Origin: Balanoglossus misakiensis
Lineage: Eukaryota > Animalia > Hemichordata
Length of the DNA: 64,000 nt
Assembly (NCBI GenBank): GCA_040954595.2
Contig: CM082582.2
Coordinates: forward strand, 10,469,483 to 10,533,482
Direction of reading: 5' to 3'
Each line of letters opens with the position of its first letter. The first letter of the stretch is position 1. The notes under the pieces are model-generated. The model did no database searches. It saw only the letters and a list, made by a program, of their open reading frames with translations, and was not told the DNA's origin. Positions 38,824 through 62,686 of the stretch are shown here, piece after piece. The translations under genes were made by a program, and so were the position numbers.

Positions 38824-40838
38824 GTTTGAGCTGTTACATCGCGTGACTCGCTCTCAGACACACGGCGTTCACGAGCGGCATCGATAGTTAACCAGCCGTG
38901 TCGTTACTTTGTTCCATCTATTCTCCTGTGTGTCGGTCGTCTATAATTGTGTTTGGCTACAGGCCACCACCATCATCTGACGTTGGCGACGCTTTACAAT
39001 GCCAATATGAGGTCACATCACTGAGTAAGTGTCATTGGGCGTTGCTTTTTTTATTGCCGCTTCGAAGCTCCCAACCTGGCTACCAAACGTCACGGCGGAC
39101 ATTTTACATGACAATAGCTTTCCGAACACGAAGGTGAACGCCCAGAGTGCTACCTTAACCTTCACGTTCCGACTAGGTGTTTTGAATGAAGCGTGTATCA
39201 GCTACCTGTTGATTGCGCAGTTACACATAGGATGACAGGAATACACATCGACACACTATTATAGCTATAGGCAAATGCACGTTCACATGTTATAGTACAG
39301 ATATAGTACAACTGCCCTTTGAATGTCTGCATAGCATGTACAGTCTGCCTGAAACTGAACATGCAATGTATTCATGTCAAGCTAAATCCCTTGTAATAAT
39401 CGACCACAAATGTAAAATAATTTGACCTATGACTCTTTGAGTCTGACAAATATTGTAAGCATCTGGCGACGGGATTACAGCTAATTTCACATAGGATATA
39501 GAATTTCAGAGTCCTTGGGTGACCAGGCTATATCATTCCATTGCCTTTTTTCGTCAGCGGCTATATACTGTTTAATGCTCTGTGGCGCTGTTACAAAGAA
39601 TGCGTTGATTTACGACCTAATGTGTGGAAAGTCTGGTACTCGATTAGTTTCATGAATTTATTTCAACGGGCCCAGTTTAATTGCGTTTAGTGGCTATTGT
39701 GTGGGCCACTACTCGTCTGTCTGACCTTGTTCTTATCAGAGAGGTCATGGAGTCGACTCCGTTCAAGACCGAAGAGGTTTCATTTAGCTTGATATGGAAA
39801 CGGTTCAGGTCATTTGTATTGAGCAGTTTTATCTATTTATATATGAATATCTCAGATTCTGAGAATTCAGGTCTTTGGGAGTTTCTAGATCCGGTAAAAG
39901 CGCGCAGATCATCTCTATGTAAAACCCCAGCTGCTAACAAGATGACATTACGTGATAATTGACGAGAATAGCGCTGCATCAGACACTATAAATCCACCTG
40001 CAAACTTGCAGCGAGTTATTCTCGTTAGCGCGTTTCTTACAAGGCGGTGTAATTTATGGTGGGATAAATAAGTGACTTGATATTCTCACGTTGTAAGCTC
40101 CACATTTTGACCTCCCCGCTTTTTCAGTTTGACCTATCTGCGGAGAGTTCATAGAGGGCGCATGACCCCTCCTCGTGAATGCTTATAAGTTGTCAAAAAT
40201 AAATCTTCAGTCAGCGATGCTGTCGTGTCACATCATATTTAACTTGCAAGGAATGAACACGACATGTTTGTGCGTTCGTTCAACCCACATATCAACAACA
40301 CTAGTTCTATTTATAAGAAGTTTATTTATAATAATAAACGACGCAAAGATAAATATGTAGGTACAAAACAAAATAAAATATAAAATATGTTTTCAAGTAT
40401 TTGAACAAAATTGGAATCGACATACAAGTGCTGAAACGACCATGGGTGGTGAATCAACACAGATAGCGGAAGTGATGTATTCTGAATTATTCTGAATAAG
40501 CTGTGCAATATCATGGAAAACAAACCGAGAACGGAACTTATGGCAGTGCCAAAGCAATAAATAATTCAGATTAACTTACATTAAAAAACACGGCGATTAA
40601 CTTTGGCTAAGTTGAACAATAACAATAACTTAAATGCATCTCGATTGGATAGATACAGGATGGTTTTTGACTAAAAAAATGCCTGGTACAAACGTGCTTC
40701 GATTTTTGGTCCCCAATAATTACAAAAAAGCTGACTCCGTCATCAATTGGCGCGACATCTGTACTGCCCTGTCGTTGAGGGCAGAGAAAGTAAAAACAAA
40801 GGAAACGTCAGTGGGAAAGTTCGTCTCCTTGGCGACGG

Positions 40839-43800
40839 TTACTCCCCGTCTCTGTTGCACGAGGACTCCTCGTGCTTGTACAGGTAACTCTTCAGCGCGA
40901 ACGCCTTGTTGCAGCGCTTGCAGACGTACGGCTTGACGTTGCTATGGGTCTGGACGTGCGCCCTCAAGTTGGACTTGTCGGCGAAGGACTTGTCGCAGAG
41001 CGGGCAGTTGAAGGGTTTCTCGCCCGTGTGCGTGCGGATGTGCCCCTGCAGCAACCAGGGGCGGCTGAAACACTTGCCGCAGATGTGACACTTGCATCCG
41101 AGCTTGTGGGTCCTGCAAGAAGTGAGATCAAAAACAACATTGTGGTTATTTTCCTTAGGACGAACAAATTCAAGTTTCCCCATCAATCTATAAACATAAC
41201 CAAAACAAAAGTGAAATCTGAGTGATATTTTTCGGGTGTTTTTCCTCTTTTCACGAATTTTATTTACCTGATGTGCATGCTCAGCGCCGGCATGGACACA
41301 TATATCTTATCACAGTGAGGACACTGTTTTGCCTTCTTGTCAGTGACGCTGCGGTGAGTCTGACGATGTCTGGCCAGGTTGCTCGATGTGCTGTACTGTT
41401 TGCCACAGTCGGGGCATTTGTGGACGTGGGGCATCGGAGACCGCGGGGGCTTGTTCTCTTTGACCTTCGGTGACCCCGCGGCTTTGCCTTTGGACGGGCT
41501 GCGATTTTGCTCGCGTGAGGGCAGTAGCTCGGTCTCTACCCCGCCTTCTTCAACTTTAAGATCTGGTTCCGCTTCCTCCTTTGTTCTCGCTTCGACCGAG
41601 AACGAGACTTCGTATTCTGTTGTTGGTGTGGCACGTAGGTCATGGTCAACTTCCGTCTCTTTATTTTCGTTAAAGCTTTCTTCCCCGACTTTCACAACAA
41701 TTTCCATCGGCACTTCTTCGTTGTTATTTTCTTCGACTTGCTCAGACGGTAGTTTCAGCGCCCCCAAACTTTCGCCATCTTGCTTTTCTCTAGCCTCGCT
41801 TTCGTCCCCTGACGGAACTTCGGAATCATTCTCGTTGTTGGACGACCTCCTGTAGATAGAAGTCGATTTTCTCGTCCCGATTCTCGTCGGCTTTTGGTCC
41901 AGCGCAACTTCGCGTCTTTTCTTCTGTTTCCTCCGCCGCCTGACGATTTTCGACGCCGTCAGAAGCGCTTCACTGATGGGCAAGGAGAAACGCCTGAAAC
42001 GCGACACTCTGGGCAGCCGCGGTCTGCCTCTACTTCGTTTGCGGCGAGACGGCGCTTTATTGGTCTGTCCGAATACTTCATCAGCGGCAGAAGACGAAAA
42101 CTTTTCCTTCGCGCTGTCGAAGACCAACTTTTGTCTCGGGCAGCACTCTGTTGAAGCGAAGAAAGCAGTATGTTAAAGGACACTCGATTGGAAATGGAAA
42201 GGGTTCCATGCGCCATGAAATGTACCTTTACTGTACGTCACAATGGGCTACTGGCCACGGCATACCTTATCACAAAACAGGTGCCTGAAAATGTCGGAGG
42301 GCCTCAGCTGTAGTATACTACATGTACTAGTACATGCATATAAAACAGCTGAGGCCAATCGACTTCTTCAGGCACCTGTGGTCACAAACGACTGAGAGGA
42401 AATTTCACTGCAAAATTAAGACAGCATTTTGGCCCGTTTCCTTCCTCGAAAGCAGTTTCCTTGTGGGAAATCGCAATGTCGGAAACGCAGCTAGACCAGG
42501 ATGGAAAAGACCTTGGTGGCAGTTGCTGTGTTTCTCCATGGAGGTACTAGTACTCTAGTACCTCCATGGTTTCTCTATAGGGGATAGACTGCTATAGGTA
42601 CACTCCTTTTTTCCGTGCCAACCAAGCGGCATTTTGATTGCGGGTACTAAGATGACGTCGAAACACAACGTTGTTCCCAGTAAATAGTTTGTAACAATAA
42701 ACGCTATTGAACATCGGGGCAAGAAAAATAAACTCGGCGTAAATTGCTTGAAAGCTTTCATTGTAGTCAAAATCGTTGAACAATTTAAACATCAACATGG
42801 GGCGGATTTCACAAGGACGGTTAATTTATTCCGATGAAGGCGGTGTAACCTGTACGGGGTTTTAATACAAAGATTCTCATATAATAGAAGGGGAGCAATT
42901 GCTGGGTAATTTGGACATAATCGGCGATTTCCTGATCCTGGGTTACAATGAGATAATTCTTTCAGGTCAGGGCGTCTTTGAAATCGAAGATCTCGGCGAA
43001 GTTCGCGCGGTCGGAACAGGGTATATCTTTGTCGCCCCGAGTGACGCACAGTTTATCGCATTGCCACGGATTCGGAGAAAACAATCGCTTATTTGTCAGC
43101 TACAAAAGTTTAATTCGCGGATTTTGTTCTGAACTTCGAGCGAGGCGGTGGGTGTCATGATAACCTTTCGGTCACTTTTTTTTTGCTTCACTTGTGGAGA
43201 AGCGAAAAACAGGGGTCGCGGGGATACTGGGGTACAGCTGCTATAATCGTCCCCCCGTCACTTAAAATTTATGCTCGCTGACTGCACACGGTACCAGCAC
43301 AGAGCGGGACGGGGCGTTTATCGGCCTTCACAGATGTGAGGGAGCGAGCACTCGGTGGTTGTTGCAGGGCGGGCCAGCTCCCTGGGTGAAGTATGGGGAT
43401 GGAAGGCAGCGGTGTATAGGTGCTATTTCGCTGATACATAAGAGTTTTGCTACGGTTCCGATCAGCGCGGATCGACAGTTTTTGTACGTGAGTTTTTTAT
43501 GACAGAGTTGGAAGGCGGCGCGGACTGGATCTTGTCATACCCCTCCCACCTGAATTATTGGGCGCACCCTGGTTTTCGGGTCCTATGCCTACAAGCAAAA
43601 TGCGAAAATTGGGTCATATCTGAGATAAGCGTTTCATCGTGATCGACGTTTGTTTTTACAAGTGGATTTCGTATATATTCATTTCAACAATCCTTCGGGT
43701 CAGAGGGTGTTCCAGTCAAGTTCAAAAAACAACACAAATGTGACAACAAAGGTAAATGAAGAAAGGGGGAGTAGAAAACGCGGCGGTAGAAGTGTTAAGC

Positions 43801-45383
43801 TTGTCGGTTCGACTCAGAAAGTACAAATGGCGTTACTATTTTATGGAGACCAGAGGTTTAATGGGAGAAGTTCTTTATGCAACTCGATACGCTGGCCTTC
43901 GCTAATCTTCTTCAAGAAATCTTGACCTTTTGTGGTCTACTGTGACAGAAAAGTTATTTCTCAAGAAAACACTCGAGGAAAAATGGCAAATGAACCCGGG
44001 TCTTTCCGCTGACAATCGCTTGTTTTGTTTGTTGCTTGACATCTGGAAGTTCTTTTGGAAATCGATCATGAAGTGGGAGGGGTGATCTTGGAAAAGACTG
44101 GGATGGAAGAACGCCGGGTCGGGGGAAACAAGATTGCTGTTTGTTTACCGCGGGAGCAAAATTTCTGCCCCGTTTTTGTATACATTCCAGGCCGTGTAGT
44201 ATTCTGGGCACCGCGGAGCACGTATACACGGCAACTGACGCAAGTTTATGGAGCAAGGAATGCCCGCCATTTTGCAAACGGTACCACGCCAGGCTTTATT
44301 TTGGCGTCAGAACTCTTTTAGACGACATTCCTAAGCAAGAGCAGAGACGAAAACACCATTCCCCCTTCCACAAAAACTCAACTCTGACGTAAGCTAACTG
44401 TGAAGAAGCTTTTGGGGTGGACCGTTTGAGATGCCTCCTCAAGATGTTTACGATTAAGTGTCAGTCGTGGTGTTTTATACTGGTCTGATGGAATGCAGAC
44501 TACAGCCTTGAGAAAATATCCCATAATCTCAATAATGTGAACGCCGGTCGCGCCTAGCAGCCGAAAGAAGGACATGCCGTGAAACCCGAGTCAAATCCAA
44601 CAAGTTGTACGCCGACTTAACACACGTATGAAATTGAAAAAAAAAACCAAGCTTTGAACAATGCGACTCCCTTATCGTCGAAAGGCCGGAAACAGCAAAC
44701 AGGTTGTTGGCAAATACTATTCAGTTTGAATTCGTAATCGGAGAGAGAAAGCAGGAATTGGCACAATTAAACTATAACTGTTGCTTGTGTAGGGAACGCT
44801 TCCTGCTGGTTTTTGTCCTTTTCATGAGATGTGCTGGAAATAAACTCACATCCGTTTGAAAACAAGCGAATGTGGGATGAAAATGTCGACGAGACGGCGG
44901 TGAATGAGGGCAGGGTGCACCACTGATATCTGCAAAAAGTCCAGTTTCGGTGGTTTATTGTTTAGATTCATGGAATGAAATCAATTCGACACGCCTTATC
45001 TCCCATGCCCACTTGCCCCAGAGCGTTTACGTTTTGCCATAATATTGATTCTGAACTCGGACACAGCACGTACATTAGGATTCTGATTTTTAAAAAGTTC
45101 TCTAGACACTTTTGCAATTGTGTGTTCGCCTACGAGACTTTTTTGCTCAAAATCTGTCGAACGAGCTTCCCTTTTAGAAACGGGGTCTTGTTACAATGTG
45201 TCACTGTTCCTTCTAATGTATGGTTGGATGGACAGACACACACAACAAGTCACTCTCATGCCATGCCCTCTCGCTAAACTCACCCGAGTTCTCCTCGCCC
45301 TCCTTCTTGTATCGCCTCTCCTCCTCCATCAACACTCGAGCATGCTGCTGCTTGTACCTCCTGACCAAGAAAGAGCGCGGCAT
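40839..45383 (-). CDS. Snail-superfamily C2H2 repressor, scratchB / ScratchX / Kahuli type
   Basis: Exon 45383-45284 begins with the SNAG motif MPRSFLVRR. Exons 42147-41268 and 41112-40839 encode five fingers: [69 protein letters not shown]. The scratch clade is clear; the subfamily call is from recalled signatures. Confidence 0.92.
42277..42379. repeat. Imperfect inverted repeat (35-bp arms) in scratch intron 1
   Basis: Arms acaggtgcctgaaaatgtcggagggcctcagctgt and acagctgaggccaatcgacttcttcaggcacctgt. The loop contains the palindrome catgtactagtacatg. Confidence 0.9.
42536..42569. repeat. Perfect 15-bp inverted repeat (ccatggaggtactag-tact-ctagtacctccatgg)
   Basis: Direct read. Confidence 0.92.
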
Positions 45384-46362
45384 CTTGGTCGGCTACGGTG
45401 GCGAAAGAGTCTCTCCAAATCACAATCTGCGTCCCGGACAGCAGAGCACTGAAAAACCACTGCCGCTGTTGTGCTGTCTGAACTGAACGCAGAGCAACAA
45501 GTGTCATACGATCGCCGATGCCCCGCCGAGACAGATATACTCTGGTATTTCAAAAATTCACCTTCCTCCAAATTTGTCGATCGTGTTGCACAGATATCTA
45601 CGAATATATCGGCCGAATACGTGGTCAGGGAGGCGTCGATGAGCAAATCTTCTCAGTTTGGCCGAAGCTGAATTTCATCACAAGGGTCCTTTCATTGTTC
45701 CGTTGGTCTGGTCTTTTAGCGCTGGGTGTGGAGGAGGGGAAAAACTCATTTGCATAAAAAGATTGGAGTAATCACCACTTGTCCATCATATATGTGGACC
45801 GGATTCCGTCACTGGTTGCTTTTTTCCACAAACTGGGGGAGTTCCATCGGGTGGACTGCGCGTCTTCCTCATATACAAATCGCCACTACGCAATCACAGT
45901 GGGAACTTTGCCAATTAAAAAGCCGTCGGAAGAGTTTTTTTAATTGTCAACATTTGAGACATAATTTTAAATAACTATTTAAATAGAAAGAAAACAAAAT
46001 ATCTGGCGTGCATTTTAGAAACAGCTGCGTCACATCCTTGGAGCCCGATCCTGCTTTGTGCGTACCGCTGATGATTGGGGGGACAGTGACGTCATCGACT
46101 TTTTTACGCGTTTGGGTTATTTTCCATCAACTTTGTAATCCATTTACAGGAAAGGGGCACGAAAGTATGTAGCAAACATTTTATTTTTTCCCTATGGAAA
46201 ATCGCAATTCGAGCGCAGTTTCGTCAGAGCAATGCCAATTTCCTGGAGTATATTTTAGGACATTTCGCTTGCGCACGCCTTTAGAGAGGATCGTTAAAAC
46301 AAACTACAGAGCAACTTGCTCGTGGACTTTAGATACGCCCATCTCCTGCGTCGGGAACTGTC

Positions 46363-46376
46363 GTCTCTATGGCAAC
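46363..46376. promoter_or_regulatory. RFX X-box (GTCTCTATGGCAAC) ~1 kb upstream of the scratch ATG
   Basis: Consensus match; binding not shown. Confidence 0.5.
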
Positions 46377-49300
46377 GGAGGCGGTGATTGGAGGATGGGA
46401 CCGGCTGACAGGCATCAAATGGATGCGATGGCATACCACACTGACACTATCAATATCGGCCGAATAAATGATCCTCAGCCCCATGGTAAATAACCTGTTG
46501 CTCTCGCATTCCATACCGAAAAAGGAAAAGCCATCATCGGCGAGAGAAGAGCGAGTGAGAGACTGAGCGCGCGCGCTGGATCTAATTTAAGATCCACAAC
46601 CACAACAAGCGCAAGCCGGCGGTGGTATATACCGGTATATAAGCAGCTTTGTACGCCGTCTCCATCCGCACCCGGTCATTTCGTAGTGCGAGAGAAAGTT
46701 GGCAGATGAAATTCGTTTCTGGCAATGGCTCTGCGACTTCCCGTTTATGTTTTTGTGGTATGGGAAATGAAAAAACCTCGGAGAGAAAGAGAGGTCGCCA
46801 TTGTGAGTTAAGGCGGATGCGTAGTGACTGTACAGAACCCGACCGCGTATATTCCCCGACACAGGATTTCCAAAAACGATTGTGTTCACATTATTATCAG
46901 TGTTGAACATACTTCCGATGTGACCGTTGACCCCGCCATAATATCTTCACAGTTCTCAAGTTTCGCTTGACCTCAGCACTCGCCTTACAGATAGTTGTGA
47001 TTAATTGCCAGATCGACTATGTGTTGATTCATTCGCTACGTCCACTGGAGGAAAAAAATGTGTGGGCGTCCAGACGTCAGGCCGAAATAACGGTTCCCAT
47101 CAGGTGGCCGTCCTTGTGTCGTTAAAGAGCAACAGGTGACTTTTCCTCTCGACACCTCAGCGGCGCCCAACGTCACGTGTCCAGCCAAATGTTGGTAACA
47201 TTTATAATTGTTCCGGTGGTTTCCAGATATGGTGACGATTTTGTACCAACCGTGAAACCGTCATCTTTTCTATCTATATCAGCTCACACTATCAGTGTTA
47301 GTGTCGGGATTCCGGACTACAAAATGGCGGCCGTGTAGTACCAGTGAGAATCTCGCGCGGTTTCTATGGCGATGTAATGGAGTCAGCCATATCTCGATCG
47401 TATTTTGGGGTCTGGTTTACATAAATGTCGCCAGCATATCGCTATATGAGAACTGTAAGACTTGATTTATGTTACATAAGCAACTCACATTTCACCATCT
47501 AGTCAGACAGGCAGAAGTGAGTCTTGTATGAGCTCCCTTAGGGCCAGCACCATGAAAATGCGATTTTTTTATCAGAACTACAACCCCTCCCTCGAAACAG
47601 AATGAATTCCAGAAAAAAAACACGATTTTTTTCTTGAAGAGCTGCGCATGCCCCGGCATTTCAAGGGTCACGGCACGCGGTTGACCCCCAACAGAAGTGT
47701 TGAAACTGAATCATCTGAACATACATTGCAGAAACGAATTTTATGAATCATTCGCGACCATCTCAATGACCGACGTCAATGATGTGACGTCACTCACATG
47801 CTTGTCGGGGGTCAGTAACACCGGGACCCTTAGCGAATAAATTAAAGTCTTGTAGGCCGAGAAACTGAAAACTTTATGCTATAGTGTGAAAAGCTTTGGT
47901 TCCTTGGGCCTACAAGTTGAATTTCGGCCAATTTTGGCATCGATGTCAGCAAGGTCCGCAAATATTTCGTTACTGTAACTAATATGCTGGAATCAAAACT
48001 TGGTACCCGAAAGCTGTGACCATGTATATGTATTACATATGGACAAGAGAATGACCCAAATTTGTCATTCCTCAAAATATCACAAGAAAATCTACTTTTT
48101 GCGACAGAAAATGAAGCCGAACTACTATATCGTCACCTTTCAAGTTTTTTCTACTTCTATTGTTTCAATATTATCAGGGATGTCGATGACTGTCTTTTTA
48201 TGAATGGTAACATTTTGTAGTAAACAATCTAGCACGATGACATCGTTGCATGAATTATTATTAAAAATTCGATAAATGGTTCGCTGAACGTTTGACCTTT
48301 AACCCTGCGCATCTCTTCCCCAGACGGTATGACATCTTGTCATACTCTGAAATTTGTAGTAAGGAAGAAGCTTTGGTGGAATAAAATACCCATATATGTT
48401 GAAATCTGAAATATTTTCAACGTGTTGATTCAAACGACACGTACAGGCTAACAAGAATATGTACGCAATTCCCTTTCCTTCGCACAATGTAACAAAATAC
48501 GGCGTATTTAGGATACAAATATGGGTGTGTGTACGTGGTAAGCTTATTTTGAAATGAAAAACGTCTTTCGATTTTTTTGACATTATTCTGAATTTTCGTT
48601 CTGGATAAGTGTTCTGTATGCCAAATGACATATCTGTCCCTTGAATGCAATGCAATGCAGATCAAACAAAACAAATAATATGGCGCAATAGGACAGAGCA
48701 TTTATTCCGCGATAATAATGAGACTGGCATGATATGTTGAAACCCAAGAAGAAATTTACGTGGACTTCGGCTTTTTAGGGCAAATACACGACACCGCATT
48801 CCATTGCAAAACCCGCCTGTTGATTTGTCTATTGAATCTGCGTCGTTTAGCGGTGCGTGGACCAATCGCTTGCCGTGTTTTGAAACTCCGGTTTGAACCC
48901 CGGCATTCTTTCATGCTCACGGGGAGATGTGTCTGCTTGATGCGCGGAACAGGTGACCTGAACCCAAGACACCGTGCTGAATCCCCCGTGCTCTGTGGCG
49001 AAGCTTTGAAAGTGGTTCACGGCAATAGATTCAAGTGGTAATGAATTCACTATCCAGTGGCACAAACGATTTTAATTCAAGACTACTACTAAATCTTCAA
49101 AACGATCGTTTGAGAAAGCGACCCCGTTATCGTCTTTCAGTCGTGTAAGTTGGTTGACCAAGCTTGTTTTCAGTCAAAACAGGTTTCCATATGTCTTGCC
49201 ATTTTCGGCATTCTTGAGAAGACGCGGAGCAGGGTTTTTTGCACATGGCCCATGATGTCAGTGCAGCCTAGAATCTTGACGTCATCATTTATCGGGGCCC

Positions 49301-52300
49301 GATACGTCGTCCAGATTCGAGACGTATGCCGGTGTCAAGGAGGTGTTTGACAAAACCCCCGAAATTAGAAGAAATAAATGAGTGCATGGTGCCTATTTCT
49401 TCGAATGATATTGGCCGTTTTGTGAACTTGGTAAGACATGTATAAAGTATTCGAATCGCCAGTGAAAATTTGCCGATTCGACGCGATGTTACGACCGCCG
49501 TTCGGACGGCCTTGAACGGCGACCTACAGCGTTGAAGAAGGACGGGGATTGCCGGTCGCGTGTACCGCCCCCTGCATTACTGTGCAGACCACAGACCCCA
49601 GGGGTCCCCGCCTTCCTGTGCCTTACTGTTCAGGAACCACATGTGTGCGTGTAGCGCACGGTAATTAAAACAAATGACGGTACCCACAGACGCGGTAAAC
49701 CGCAACCAGCGCTCAGATCAGCGACTACACCAATCAACTTGAACACAGGGCTATTTTCGGAACACTTGGAGAAAATCATTTTCGAATACCTCAGTAGGAT
49801 CATGCCGCCCAGCTGTGGCACCGGCAACGCCGCGTAACAGTTGCTTTACTCCATGGAATGTGCCAGGATAATAATTGTCCACCGGTGGGATTTCCACAGG
49901 ATCCACGTGGACTTTTAAATAAAACAGCTGAAGTTTTTTTAAATATCAAAAGTTGCCTCGCTTCCTTCGTGTAAGCCCCAACATTTATGTTTCTCGTTGA
50001 TTTTCTCAATGTGCCCCTGTGGTGTAGTTGCCCCAGTCTTTACCAAACGTGTGACGCTTTTGGAATTTGTGAGCGAAACAGGGCTTCGCGTAGTTCCGTT
50101 CACTTGGATGCTACGCGAAAACCTGAAAAAGTAGGCTAATAAGCGTTTGATATTTCAGGACATGGTCGCTGTTATCTTTTTGACTCTGCCAAAACACAGG
50201 GCTTAGAATGATGGCGAGTATTTCACGACGCCGTGTATGAATCGTTACCAAGGCCAATACTAGTATTCAGACTTCCGACTCTTAACTCTGATTTTATAAT
50301 ATCTAAGTAGCTTTTTAGCATCCCGACTCTGGATTTTGACCCCTTTGTGATATTTGAAGTCGCATTTTCAACTCTACAACTTCAATTTTGTACTGCCGTG
50401 GAAGGCGATCTCAGATTCTGACGGAGGCGATTTTCGTGAAATATTTTCAGTAAATTCCAGCTCCCTGTTTATTTTGATACCGCGGGATTCCCCTCGGTCC
50501 GGAAGGCCAATCATCGATACACGTATCCTGGGAACCACGTGACATACACGCACGCTGGCAATTTCAACAGATGAGATTATTAGCGCAGTGTTGTTCCAGC
50601 GATTCGGTAAGCCCTTGATTCCAACTGGGAAGCCGTTCGCCAACCAGCTGTTGGAGCGGAAGACTTGTCCGGTTTATTAGCTCCAGATGTATACACTGGG
50701 AGTGTTCATGTGGAGAGGGAATACAAAACTTCTGCGCATTGGGAGATTTGCGGAGTGAACGTAATCTCAATTGATATAAATAATGCATTTTTCAGTTCGG
50801 TCGTTCTTACAAAATATTTGGATTAAAAATATTCACACGGTTAACTCACAAATGCAAACATTCAAAAACATATTTCCTTTATCCATAACTTCCTTTAAAG
50901 ATATTGCACAACATTTGTTCTTCCAGGGGATATTTTTGGCCCAACCCACTTTCTTCACCGAAAGTTAGTGAAACTTGTAACTTAAAGTTTGAATAGAGAA
51001 AACGTGCATACATGGTCACGAAACACGTGCGTTTAACTGCGGCAGAATCTCTTTTTTTCGCGACCGGAAAATCAAATGAGCAAATTATCAGTTAATGGGC
51101 GGCACATGCGCACCATGTCCAGTCCGGAAATGTCCACGCACCCTGTGTTAGATATCGTGGCGTGAAAGATAACACACGCGACTGACATCACTGAAATGTC
51201 CGGAAGAGATGGAGAGTTGAGGGAGGGAGCGGGCAGGCAGGCGGGTAGACATGTGGAACTTCGCTGTATGCCACACCACAAAACAGCTGCTACCACTTGC
51301 AAACTCCGGGACTCCGTAATTGGCCTTCACGTCACCCTCAGACCCCCGCGCAGCTTCGATGATAACGAAGCCAGTCAAGCGTGCGCATCGACACCCATCA
51401 ATTAGGTTATTGATATTTGGGTGACCGGTGAGAATTACTTTGATTGGGGGTAATTCATGAGTGAAATCGTCTGCGTTAGTCATGCCAAGTTTATCGCGAT
51501 TTACAATAAATTTCTCTGTACAAACATGGTCTCAGCGACATCCACAAAGCATGACGACGATTGGAGGCGCTCGTTTGCAACTGCATGACAGAAAGAAAAG
51601 GTGCACATGGGCTGTCCACAACTCTGTCGGGTACGAGTTTGCTTGAAGTTGCAGAAAGCGTTGGAATCTTTGTATCATATATTTATAACAGTTGGGACAG
51701 TGATCAATTATCATGTGATGATGAAATTACTACTAGAAGGCCTAGTTGTTCTCTCCGATAAGAAGAGTATCACTTTTCTAATCATCTCATGTCTTTCCGC
51801 TTGGCTCGGTTCCTCGTATTCCGAATTTGAAGGTGCGAGCCTGCTGAAAATTATTTCCAGTTCGGTGAACAGGAAATCGCTAGATTAAAGCGAAGTGGTC
51901 GTGGTATAAAATGGAGATGTATTCTTGGTGTTTTCGTCAGAGCTTCGTCAACTTTATTTAGGTAAACACGCATCAACAGGTGGGCGCGCGATATCACGCG
52001 CCGAAAAATATTATGCTTCAAATGTTTACTGTTGAAAACCCCAGGTAGCTGTTGATTTGTTGTGTGTGTGTTTTCAAAACGACCAGGCAAGAAGATAAAC
52101 AAACCCTCCCATTCATTCCCGTACCACGCGCTCGTAGCTCAGGACGCGCGGAATCTGCAAAGCGAACACCTAACTTACGAGAGATAATTTAGATGGCTGC
52201 CTTTTCTATCATACAAACCCGCCATTAGACAGAAAGTTCCTTTCAGATTTTCCCAAATCTTGTTATTTGTATGTAAGCACATCAAGCGCCAGGTATCTTT

Positions 52301-52396
52301 TTTATGCAACTAATTCTGTTTTACATACGAAAATACGGAATATTTTGCCCAGTTGTGTTCTTAAAAACAATAAGTTAAAGGCCCCTAAAAGGCAAA

Positions 52397-62686
<10,290 letters not shown>

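Noticed and set aside
47668-47690. ggcacgcggt resembling miR-124; also TATTGCAC (miR-92 seed) at ~59227
   Set aside because: Partial matches only, with no precursor hairpin.
47842-48330. TTAA-flanked segment resembling Kolobok/piggyBac ends
   Set aside because: No convincing terminal inverted repeats or transposase.
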